The position numbers and the translations under genes were made by a program. Shown piece by piece: positions 23,726 to 33,000 of a stretch of 40,138 nt of DNA (the stretch's first letter is position 1; each line of letters begins with the position of its first letter). The stretch is from positions 1 through 40,138 of the IMG/VR virus record IMGVR_UViG_3300032305_000524; one strand, given 5' to 3'. This DNA is from a virus (taxonomy: Duplodnaviria > Caudoviricetes). Below the pieces are notes generated by a model. That model saw nothing but the letters and a program-made list of their open reading frames with translations, was not told the origin of the DNA and did no database searches.

Positions 23726-25279
23726 ATGCAAATCATTGACAACAAAGCGTTAGTGTTTAACACACGCAAAGCAGATCAAATCACTTCAATCATTCCTAAA
23801 AGCAAAGTGCTTGAAAACAACGGAGACGTTGACCAAGTCATTGTTAACTGGGGCTTTGACGAAGTGCAACTACTACGCAATCTAGGTATACGAGATGTAC
23901 CTAGTCCCATTTTGGGACGATACAAGTGGCCCGGAATGTTTACGCCTTTCGACCATCAACGAACCACTGCAGAATTCCTCACACTCCATCCACGTTGCTT
24001 TGTATTTAACGAAGCAGGTACAGGTAAAACAAGTGCTGCAGCATGGGCTGCTGATTACCTAATAACACAAGGCAAAGTCAAACGTGTGCTTGTTGTGTGT
24101 CCAGTGTCTATCATGGACACTGCATGGCGATCTGATTTGTTTAAGACTGTCATGCACCGCACAGTGGCTATTGCGCAAGGCTCACGCACACAAAGACAAA
24201 AGGTTATTGATGGTGACTACGAGTTTGTCATTATTAATTTTGATGGCGTTAAAGTAGTTAACAAAGAGCTAGAAGCAGGTGGGTTTGATCTCATCATTGT
24301 GGACGAGGCTAACGCAGTTAAGAGCGTGACTACCGATAGATGGAAGTGCCTTGCAACCTTGATTAAACCTACTACACGCCTGTGGATGATGACAGGTACG
24401 CCTGCCTCGCAGTCACCGCTAGATGCCTATGGTCTGGCTAAGCTTGTGGCACCTGATGCCGTGCCTAGATTCTTTGGTGCGTTCCGTGACAAGGTGATGC
24501 TTAAACTTACGCAGTACAAGTGGGTGCCGAGGCAAGACGCACAACAGATCGTTCATCAAGTATTGCAACCGGCTATCAGATATACAAAACTTGAGTGCTT
24601 GGACTTGCCTGACTTGTTGTACTCGACTCGTGAAGTTCCCTTGACTGCTCAGCAGACCAAGTATTATGACGCGCTCAAAAAACAAATGATGACTATCGCA
24701 GCAGGATCGGAAATTACAGCGGTCAATGCAGCAGCAATGCTTAACAAACTTTTGCAAGTTGCGCAAGGTGCGGTATATACCGATGACGGTGGCGTTGTCG
24801 AGTTTGACGTAGCCAATCGTATGAGTGAACTTATCAATGTGATCGAAGAAACCGACCATAAGATATTAGTGTTTATCCCATATAGACACACGCTTCAAAT
24901 GGTTGAAAATGCTCTGCTCAAAGAAGGATACACAGTGCAAACAATCCATGGCGGTGTCCCATCAACACGACGGGCAGACATTATCAAACAATTCCAAACA
25001 GAAGACGACCCACGCATACTACTGCTAGTACCGCAGGCTACTGCACACGGTATCACGCTGACTCGTGCTGACCAAGTTGTCTGGTGGGGTCCAGTAGCGT
25101 CTACAGAAATCTATCTACAAGCTAACTCACGGGCACACCGTGCAGGGCAAACAAATAAAGTTACCGTCACGCACTTGCAAGGCAGTCCAGTTGAGCGCCG
25201 TATGTACACCATGCTACAAAATAAAATAGATTTACATCTAAGTTTGGTGGATTTATACAAACAAGAGCTTGACACGTAA
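23726..25279 (+). CDS. SNF2-family SF2 helicase
   Basis: EAGTGKT, IVDEA, MTGTP, HGITLT, QANSRAHRAGQ. Confidence 0.93.
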   Translation: MQIIDNKALVFNTRKADQITSIIPKSKVLENNGDVDQVIVNWGFDEVQLLRNLGIRDVPSPILGRYKWPGMFTPFDHQRTTAEFLTLHPRCFVFNEAGTGKTSAAAWAADYLITQGKVKRVLVVCPVSIMDTAWRSDLFKTVMHRTVAIAQGSRTQRQKVIDGDYEFVIINFDGVKVVNKELEAGGFDLIIVDEANAVKSVTTDRWKCLATLIKPTTRLWMMTGTPASQSPLDAYGLAKLVAPDAVPRFFGAFRDKVMLKLTQYKWVPRQDAQQIVHQVLQPAIRYTKLECLDLPDLLYSTREVPLTAQQTKYYDALKKQMMTIAAGSEITAVNAAAMLNKLLQVAQGAVYTDDGGVVEFDVANRMSELINVIEETDHKILVFIPYRHTLQMVENALLKEGYTVQTIHGGVPSTRRADIIKQFQTEDDPRILLLVPQATAHGITLTRADQVVWWGPVASTEIYLQANSRAHRAGQTNKVTVTHLQGSPVERRMYTMLQNKIDLHLSLVDLYKQELDT

Positions 25280-25296
25280 ATTTGACAGTGTATAAT
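25269..25296 (+). promoter_or_regulatory. Sigma70 promoter
   Basis: TTGACA, 16 bp, TATAAT. Confidence 0.75.
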
Positions 25297-25306
25297 TTCT
25301 AAAAAA

Positions 25307-25363
25307 CGGGGGGAAAGCCGTGCAAAGGCTTTTAAAGCTTGCAGACGAGCGGTTAGTACCTCC
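25307..25363 (+). ncRNA. Structured 5' leader hairpin with loop-E-like (GAA/AGUA) internal loop
   Basis: GGGGG-GAA-AGCCG...CGGTT-AGTA-CCTCC enclosing TGCAA..GCTT/AAGC..TTGCA stem, right after promoter. Confidence 0.45.
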
Positions 25364-25396
25364 ACCAATTTGTTCAACGTAAATCAAAGGAATCCT

Positions 25397-25786
25397 ATGG
25401 ATGCAAGTCAGTTAGTCAATGTATACATCAAAATACGTGACGCCAAAGAAATGAGAAAAAAACAAATGGAAGCCGAGATTGCTGACCTCGATCAGCAGTT
25501 GGATGCCGTCGAGCATGAGCTTCTAGAAATCTGCAAAACCACCGGTCAAGACGGTGGCAAAACACAATATGGTTCGTTCACACGAGCCGTCAAAACACGC
25601 TACTGGACCAGTGACTGGGACAGTATGTACAAATTCATCCGTGAGCATGATGCCCCTGACTTACTCGAACGTCGTATTGCGCAAGGTAACTTTGCACAGT
25701 TCGTCAAAGAGAATCCAGACAGCATGCCTGCAGGTGTGAATATCGAGTCGAAATACTCGATCACGGTTCGCCGTTCATCCAAGTAA
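25397..25786 (+). CDS. Conserved hypothetical replication-module protein
   Basis: MDASQLVNVYIKIRD coiled coil, DWDSMYKFI, PAGV; AAGGA RBS. Confidence 0.8.
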   Translation: MDASQLVNVYIKIRDAKEMRKKQMEAEIADLDQQLDAVEHELLEICKTTGQDGGKTQYGSFTRAVKTRYWTSDWDSMYKFIREHDAPDLLERRIAQGNFAQFVKENPDSMPAGVNIESKYSITVRRSSK

Positions 25787-25806
25787 CTTCCCAATAGGAA
25801 ATCAAA

Positions 25807-26700
25807 ATGAGTAACATGACACTTTTCAAATCCGGTTCCGTTATCCCTGACTATTTACGTGAGGCTTCAGACGCTACTACCCGTGACATCGCAGGTAGTT
25901 CTGGCGGTAAGCAAATCTCAATCAAGGGCGGTGTGTGGCGTATGGTCGTAGGCGGTGAAGAAGTCGCCAAGAACGAAGAACGCGCCATGAACTTTGTGGT
26001 GATTGCATCTGGCAAGGGTGTAACCCGCACGTTCTATGCAGACAAATACGAAGAAGGTAAGGACATCAAGCCTGCCTGCTGGTCTGCCGAAGGCGTAGTG
26101 CCCAACGAAGAAGTGGCTAACCCACAAGCCAAGACGTGCGCTACCTGCCCACAGAACATCGAAGGCTCTGGCGATGGTAAGGCTCGTGCCTGCCGTTACA
26201 GTAAGCGTTTGGCTGTAGCTTTGGAGAACGACATCGGTGGCAACATCTACCGCCTGTCAGTCCCTGCCAAGTCATACTTTGGTCGTGCTGAAGGTGAGAA
26301 GATGCCACTGCAAGCGTTTGGTAAGTTCTTGTCAGGACACGGTATTCCGATTACAGGCATCGTGACCGAAGCTCGCTTCGACACTGCCGAAGCAGTGCCC
26401 GTGTTGAAGTTCCGTGCTGTACGCCCATTGTCGAAAGAAGAGTGGGAACTGGGTAAAGCACAGAGCCAAACAGAAGACGCTCGTCAAGCTATCGAGTTGA
26501 AGATGGTTCCATCTAAAGCTGAAGGTATGCCTGCGTTACCGCAAGCGTTCAAAGAAGCCCCTGTGGTAACTAAAGCGGAGCCAGAAGAAGTAGCTGAACC
26601 CGTGAAGCGTCCATCAACTAAAGCTAAGCCTGAGACTCCTGCTGCAGCTAAAAACGTTACTGACATCTTGAGTGACTGGGCCACTGACGAAGATGCGTAA
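25807..26700 (+). CDS. Putative ssDNA-binding/annealing protein
   Basis: CWS..G, CATCPQN..GS, ACR Zn motif; acidic C-terminus DWATDEDA; located in replication module. Confidence 0.6.
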   Translation: MSNMTLFKSGSVIPDYLREASDATTRDIAGSSGGKQISIKGGVWRMVVGGEEVAKNEERAMNFVVIASGKGVTRTFYADKYEEGKDIKPACWSAEGVVPNEEVANPQAKTCATCPQNIEGSGDGKARACRYSKRLAVALENDIGGNIYRLSVPAKSYFGRAEGEKMPLQAFGKFLSGHGIPITGIVTEARFDTAEAVPVLKFRAVRPLSKEEWELGKAQSQTEDARQAIELKMVPSKAEGMPALPQAFKEAPVVTKAEPEEVAEPVKRPSTKAKPETPAAAKNVTDILSDWATDEDA

Positions 26701-26941
26701 TAGATTGCGGGGGCACGACACCCTTTTCATTCAGAAAGTTGAAGATGCAGACCAGAGGCCGATTGTTATGCAGTTGGCTGATGTATGCATTAACAAAGGT
26801 ACACCAATTACCGAAATAGCGCAGATGTTTGGCGTGACTCGTGCGAGTGTGTACAACTGGCTGACTGGTAAAACGGTGCCGCGCGCCTGCTATCAGGCAG
26901 CAATGCCTAAGATTATTGCACGTTTATCCAAGCGTAAGTAA
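26693..26941 (+). CDS. XRE/Cro-like HTH protein
   Basis: ITEIAQMFGVTRASVYNWLTG..P. Confidence 0.8.
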   Translation: MRNRLRGHDTLFIQKVEDADQRPIVMQLADVCINKGTPITEIAQMFGVTRASVYNWLTGKTVPRACYQAAMPKIIARLSKRK

Positions 26942-26949
26942 TCCCCGTG

Positions 26950-26983
26950 GGGGTGACAGGTAGTCCTGTTGCCCCTATTTTTT
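26950..26983 (+). terminator. Intrinsic terminator
   Basis: GGGGTGACAGG-TAGT-CCTGTTGCCCC then TATTTTTT. Confidence 0.75.
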
Positions 26984-27005
26984 CTCCTCAACCCAGTGAG
27001 GTTCT

Positions 27006-29855
27006 GTGACTGACTTTCTCAACTCCGTTTTACCTACGCAGGGCTTGTATTGCACTGTGGGTATTCGGGCAAATGCCGTCAAGCAGTCGTTCCAAGCGAC
27101 GATTGAAGACGTGGAGGCGGTCGGCTCAGGTATGGATTCCCAAGGCGTGGATGCGTTTTTTGCGCTTGCCACATTTAAAGATGCCTCAGGTCGCAAGGCA
27201 GACAATGCCGTCTTTCTGCGGTCGTTCTTTCTAGACTTAGATTGCGGTACAGGTAAGCCCTACGCTGACCAAGCCTCCGCTGCCCAAGCCCTATCCATAT
27301 TTGTTGCTGACACAAAGCTCCCAAGTCCAACGCTTGTTAACTCAGGTGGTGGTCTCCATGTCTATTGGCCTTTGACCGAAGACGTGCCTGTATCCGAGTG
27401 GATACGACACGCAAAATCACTGAAGCGCTTGTGCGCTCAAAAGAAATTATTTGCTGATCCTGCCGTAACTTCAGATGCTGCTCGCATCCTGCGCATACCC
27501 GGCACCCATAACTTTAAGAACGCAACTTCGAGACCCGTACAAATTATTGCAGTGGGGACACCTGTATCCCTTGCCGAGTTTATTGAGCCACTACCCGCCC
27601 CTGCGATGGACTTGAGTGCTGCCAAGCAGTTTGGCATGGACGATACATCTAAGGACTTAGGTGGGGGCGACTATCCCAAGTGTTCGTTTAAGCGTATCGC
27701 TATCCGTAGTATTAACGGTAATGGCTGTGCGCAGATGAAGCATGCCCTTGAGAACGCAGATACATTAGAAGAACCGTTGTGGAGGGCTGCGCTTTCTATT
27801 GCGGTTCGTTGCGAAGACGGCCCTACGGCTATCCATACGCTGTCCAAACGGCATCCCGAGTACTCGGCAGAGGCAACTGAAGCTAAGGCTGCTGAGACCA
27901 AAGGTCCGTATACCTGCGAGTGGTACCGAAGCAACAACCCGTCTCTGTGCGAGGGTTGCCCTCAGAAGATTTCTACACCAATTCTGTTGGGTAAGTTTGT
28001 TGAGCAGGCAGTTGTTGAGGATGACCAGTACATCATTGAGACCCCCGAGGACGAGACCGCACCGGCACTCACCATGTCGATACCGGCATACCCATTCCCA
28101 TACTTTCGTGGCGCTAATGGCGGTGTGTACAAGAAAGAGCGTACCCCTGACGGTGAGGAGAAAGACGTTGAAATTTACCCATACGATCTATACCTGACAG
28201 AACGGTTCTTTGACTCGGACCAGTACGGCAATGGTGAGGGCGAGATGGTGGGTCTGAACTTGCACATGAAGCAAGACGGTGTTCGTAGGTTCTACGCCCC
28301 CGTGACTACGTTATTTACCAAAGATAAAATGCGCGACCTACTAATTAAAAACGGTGTGGTCGCTTACGGAAAACACTTGGATGCAATCATGGCTTATTTT
28401 GCTTCGACACTACGCAAACTGCAATCGCAGTACGCTGCGAACAAAACACGCAGCCAAATGGGATGGACACCTGACGGGCTTGGCTTTGTCGTAGGTGAGT
28501 TGGAATACACCGCAGCGGGTACTAAGTTAGCACCGCCTTCGAGCGGTACACGGGAGTTGGCTGAGCAGTTCAAACCAACTGGCACATTGGAAGAGTGGAG
28601 CAAGATAGCTAACTTCTACAACCGACCCGGACTTGAGACGCATGCACTGGCTTTGTTCTTTGGATTTGGTTCACCCTTGCTGAAGTTCATTGGTCCCAAG
28701 CAGAACGTGAAGGGTGCGTTGATTCACCTTAAACACAACGGCTCAGGCTCTGGTAAGTCAACGGCGCAGATGGTGGTTAACTCTATCTTTGGCAATCCGG
28801 ACACCTTGTTGTTAAAACAAGACGACACGTACGCTTCCAAGATGCACTTGCTTGGCATGATGAACAGTATTGCGTTTACTGTGGACGAGATCACCAACGA
28901 GAAGCCCGAGATTCTGTCTGACTACGCTTATGGGTTCACCTCAGGGCGAGGCAAGCACCGTATGGAATCGCAGAGTAATAAACTGCGTGTGAACAACACA
29001 ACATGGTGTAACTTTACTTTGTCGTCAGGTAACGCCTCTGTTGTGGATGCCCTGCAAAATCTTAAGAGTACGGCAGATGGTGAGCTTCGTCGGGTGCTTG
29101 AGGTTGCATTTCACGCATACACAGGTTCAACCAAGGCTGAGATTAACGAGACGTTTGGTAAGCTAAATACCAACTACGGCGTGGCAGGTCCGATTTACAT
29201 TCAATACATCATTGACAACCACGACCATGTGATGAAGCTGCTTGCCGATATGCAAGCCAAGGTGGACAAGGCGTTGAACCTAGACCAGACTGATCGTTTC
29301 TATTCTTGTTTGCTGACATGTGCCTTTGTGGGTGCGTTGATTGCAACCAAGCTCGGGCTAATTAACATCGACATTACACGTATCTATCAGTATGCGTTGG
29401 GAGTTGTACGGGAGTCGATTGCATCTAACTTGTCTAGCGTTGGCAACCCAATGACTGTGGCTCAGGAAACTCTGGGTGCATTCATCAACGAGAACGTCAA
29501 CAACGCAATGGTTGCAGCGTACACTCCCAAAGGTGGAATGCCTGAGAGACCGGCTCTGACGCCCAAGGGCAAACTGGTTATGCGGTATGACCCTGACACC
29601 AAGACGCTTGCAATCCCCGTGGCTGAGCTTCGCAAATACTTTACTAGCAGGCAAGTAGACGTTAGAGATAGCTTGGCACGGCTGACTACCGCAGGGTATC
29701 TCAAGCATGGTGGCAAATCACACCCAACTCGTATTGGCGCAGGGGCCGTAGGGGGGCTTAGTGGTATTGCAGTACGCTGCTACATCTTTGATGGAGACGT
29801 AATTGGCATCGACGAAACGGCGTTTGCGCAAGCGGAAAACATCACCGCCCCCTAA
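27006..29855 (+). CDS. Primase (AEP/RepB-like) fused to DUF927 helicase domain
   Basis: FLDLD, SGGGLHVYW, RILRIPGTHN, Cys cluster, QMGW, Walker A GSGSGKST, Walker B TVDE. Confidence 0.88.
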   Translation: MTDFLNSVLPTQGLYCTVGIRANAVKQSFQATIEDVEAVGSGMDSQGVDAFFALATFKDASGRKADNAVFLRSFFLDLDCGTGKPYADQASAAQALSIFVADTKLPSPTLVNSGGGLHVYWPLTEDVPVSEWIRHAKSLKRLCAQKKLFADPAVTSDAARILRIPGTHNFKNATSRPVQIIAVGTPVSLAEFIEPLPAPAMDLSAAKQFGMDDTSKDLGGGDYPKCSFKRIAIRSINGNGCAQMKHALENADTLEEPLWRAALSIAVRCEDGPTAIHTLSKRHPEYSAEATEAKAAETKGPYTCEWYRSNNPSLCEGCPQKISTPILLGKFVEQAVVEDDQYIIETPEDETAPALTMSIPAYPFPYFRGANGGVYKKERTPDGEEKDVEIYPYDLYLTERFFDSDQYGNGEGEMVGLNLHMKQDGVRRFYAPVTTLFTKDKMRDLLIKNGVVAYGKHLDAIMAYFASTLRKLQSQYAANKTRSQMGWTPDGLGFVVGELEYTAAGTKLAPPSSGTRELAEQFKPTGTLEEWSKIANFYNRPGLETHALALFFGFGSPLLKFIGPKQNVKGALIHLKHNGSGSGKSTAQMVVNSIFGNPDTLLLKQDDTYASKMHLLGMMNSIAFTVDEITNEKPEILSDYAYGFTSGRGKHRMESQSNKLRVNNTTWCNFTLSSGNASVVDALQNLKSTADGELRRVLEVAFHAYTGSTKAEINETFGKLNTNYGVAGPIYIQYIIDNHDHVMKLLADMQAKVDKALNLDQTDRFYSCLLTCAFVGALIATKLGLINIDITRIYQYALGVVRESIASNLSSVGNPMTVAQETLGAFINENVNNAMVAAYTPKGGMPERPALTPKGKLVMRYDPDTKTLAIPVAELRKYFTSRQVDVRDSLARLTTAGYLKHGGKSHPTRIGAGAVGGLSGIAVRCYIFDGDVIGIDETAFAQAENITAP

Positions 29856-29880
29856 GCCGAAGCCCAAGCTGTTGGACAGC

Positions 29881-30090
29881 ATGAGAGTACTCACCCTTCA
29901 CGGGGTTGAGTATTATCTCAATTGGGAACGGCTTGTAGTCGGTAGTTCGTTCTTCTTGCCAACCACTGCAACACCTGTGCAGGTGCGAGACGCACTCCTA
30001 CCGGCCACTAGGTTTCTCAAAATCAAAATAGAAGTACGCGCCCGTTGTGAGTACGGGCGGTATGGTACGCGAGTGTGGCGGGTTTACTGA
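29881..30090 (+). CDS. Hypothetical protein
   Basis: NWERLVVGSSFFLP...GTRVWR; last rightward gene, converges on virion genes. Confidence 0.7.
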   Translation: MRVLTLHGVEYYLNWERLVVGSSFFLPTTATPVQVRDALLPATRFLKIKIEVRARCEYGRYGTRVWRVY

Positions 30091-33000
30091 ACTTTACGTA
30101 GTTCTGTTTTGGCTTCGCGTACCCAGCCAACTAACTCAATCTCCATCTGTTTGAGTTCTTTGAGTTCTGCTTCGCGGTCTGTCTTGCTCATGTCATTGGC
30201 ACCCTCAACGCTATTCAGATATTTGCGGTAGGCACGGGTGCGTTCCAGTTGTTCAAGCGTAGAATTAATTGCGCCCTCTAACTGCAACTCATCCGCGTGT
30301 TCGTCAATGTATTTCTCTGCCCGATCAAGGTCAGTTTTCATCAACTCGTTTAGCGTAGTGTTTGCCTTGCCAACTTTCTCGCGTTCCTCGTAGAACTCAG
30401 TCATGCGACGTGTGCCAACTGGGTCATACAAGTAGTTGCTGAACAGTGCGTACTTGTGCAGTGGGCGGTCGACTCGCGTTGGGTTAAGCAAGCTGTCCGT
30501 CACCATCGTAACCATAGCAGCAGTTGAACCGAAGTAACCACGCAGTGCGTTGTCAATCATGATTGGGGAAACTTCAACACCAATCTCGTCACGGCTAAAC
30601 ACGGCAATAGCTTTTGCAAGCTCTGACGTTTGCTCAGTCCTACGCATGCTTGGGTCCATTGCCCTGTGGTGATAGCCCTCTAAGTCTTTGCCGGTCAAGA
30701 ATGACTTGTTAGCCCATGCTTCAATCACGGGCTTGATAGCCTGCGGTATTGGCACAGCACGACCTAAGTACTGCTCAAACATGTAGCTCAGCGTTGTACG
30801 CACGGCTTCAAATGCCGTTTGCTCTTCTGGTGTACCCTGACGACGCATGTACTCTACGATACGTTCTGGTATGACTTTAAAGATAGCGCCCAGTTCGCCC
30901 GGAACTCCGATCTTGTATCCGCCACCAAGAATCCAGTTGCTGTCCCGTGTGCGCAAGTCCATCTCGTTGTAGTCTTCGTCATCATCGCCCTTACCCAACG
31001 CATACAGGGAACTCAGCATCGTAACGGTAACCGCACGGCTATAGAACAGTCGTCGAGCTTGCGCACGATCAACAGAAGAACTTGAGTCCTTGCCTGACGC
31101 TGCGCGGTACAGCACATCCATACCTTGAATGTAGGCGTTAAAGAACGGGATGACCGTAATCATGTCGGTCACAAACTGGTTTGCACCACGGCGACGGAAG
31201 TTAATAAACTCGCGGGCACGGGTCTGTGCTAACAACTCATCGCCTTTGCTTTCCTTCATGGTCTGGTCGTAGATTGCTTTACGAACTGCCAAATCAGATG
31301 CGCGAGTAATGCCGTCTAGTTTGTGAATCAGTGACTCAAACCTACCGCGCTTTTTATAGCCTAAGTCTTTTAGCAAAGATGTTGCAGGCTTACCGGCTTC
31401 AAAGTCATACTCACCAGTCAAACCAAGCTTGCCAAAATCTTTGACCATCGGATGCTGGATGCCACGCAGTTCTGCCAATACCAACTTGGGGAAGTTAGTC
31501 AGAGACATCCAAACCAAAGCGCCGGGGTTCTTTACACCAGACGTCATGATGGCACGTTGCACGTCATCCATCACCTGCTTCAACGCAAATGGCGGCAGTA
31601 CAGTAACTGTTTTACGAAGGATGTTAGAGAACGCACCCATAGCCCGAATCCAACCCGCTTTAGGTGGGTTCAAGTCTTTAAACGCCATGACGTCGTACTT
31701 GCTCGGCACAGACCAATACATCATCTCGCCGTCAACATAAGCGCCTACAACGTTTGGCTGGCCTTGATTAGTGCGTCCCAAAAATTTAGCCTGTCCAATG
31801 TCTTCCAGACTACGCAAAGTTATTAGAGTAGCGTCGGCTTTAAGTGTTTGCCCAACCATCCACCCCAACGTGTTTAGGTAGTTATCGAACACATTGCCCA
31901 CCGGACGGTTAAGAGAACCAACCAACTCCGGCAGTTTGCCTAATTGCGCCAGACCTTTGCCACTAATCTTTTTAGCTTTGTTAAAGTTGGCAGTAACCCC
32001 TTCAATTGTTTCACGGTCAAACGGTACATAGCCTACGACTTCACGCCATAGCTTGCCTTCTTCAGCAGATAACCTACCTACCGCAACCAAGTTGTCAACC
32101 ATTGCTTTACGAGCGTCGTCCATGAGCTTGCTCATTTCCTGCAGGTCTGAGTCGGCGTTGTACTCTTTTACCAACTGGTCAATCTCATTGTCTTTCAAAT
32201 GAATCAGGAACGTTGTGCCGTCCTGCGCATTAGACCTGCGCATCTCATTTAAACGCACACCTTCCAATACACGGCTGGCAATCTGTGTGGCGCGTTCACG
32301 GCTGTATCCGTTCTTCTCTGCATACTTGTCAATTAACGCATAGACTTCTGCGGGTGGGCGTACGCTTTTGCCTGTGTTTGGGTCTACATCTCCAGACTTC
32401 CACAAACCTGTTGCTTTGTCTTTGTATAACGTACCAGTTTGGAAATATTCAAGCAGCATCTTGGTGTAGTCTTGCGCTTGACGATACAGACCCATGGGGT
32501 TTAGGTTGCCTAAAGAGTCGCGCACAGCGCCGTCAAACTTCTCACTTAGCCGTTTCTCAATGGTGGCAGCAACGTCCGTTACTTGCGTACGGAATTTGGT
32601 TACGTAGCCAACGTCAGGATTAGCTTTAACACCGGTAATTAGGTTTTTTAAACCAGACCTTTCAGGCGCACTTAACGGACCCATAGAGTCAATAAGCTGT
32701 TCCGTGCTAACCGATACAGAGAATTGTTCTTTTATTTGTTGCGAGTCAGGTTGCAACGAAATGTTTGACTGCACAACAAAATTTGCAGGGCCTGCTTTGT
32801 TTAGGAAGTCTGCAACGGATTTGGCTGGTGGATACTTACGGCTGGTGACAATCGCCACCAAGTCGCGCATCATCTGAGCAACTCTAGAGAAAAACTTATC
32901 TGCAATACTCAATGGCTTTTCGTTAGTTGTAGCCCAACGGGAAACGTTATCTGCAAACCACTCGCCAAATGAAATCCAATAGGAATCAAAATCTTGCATT

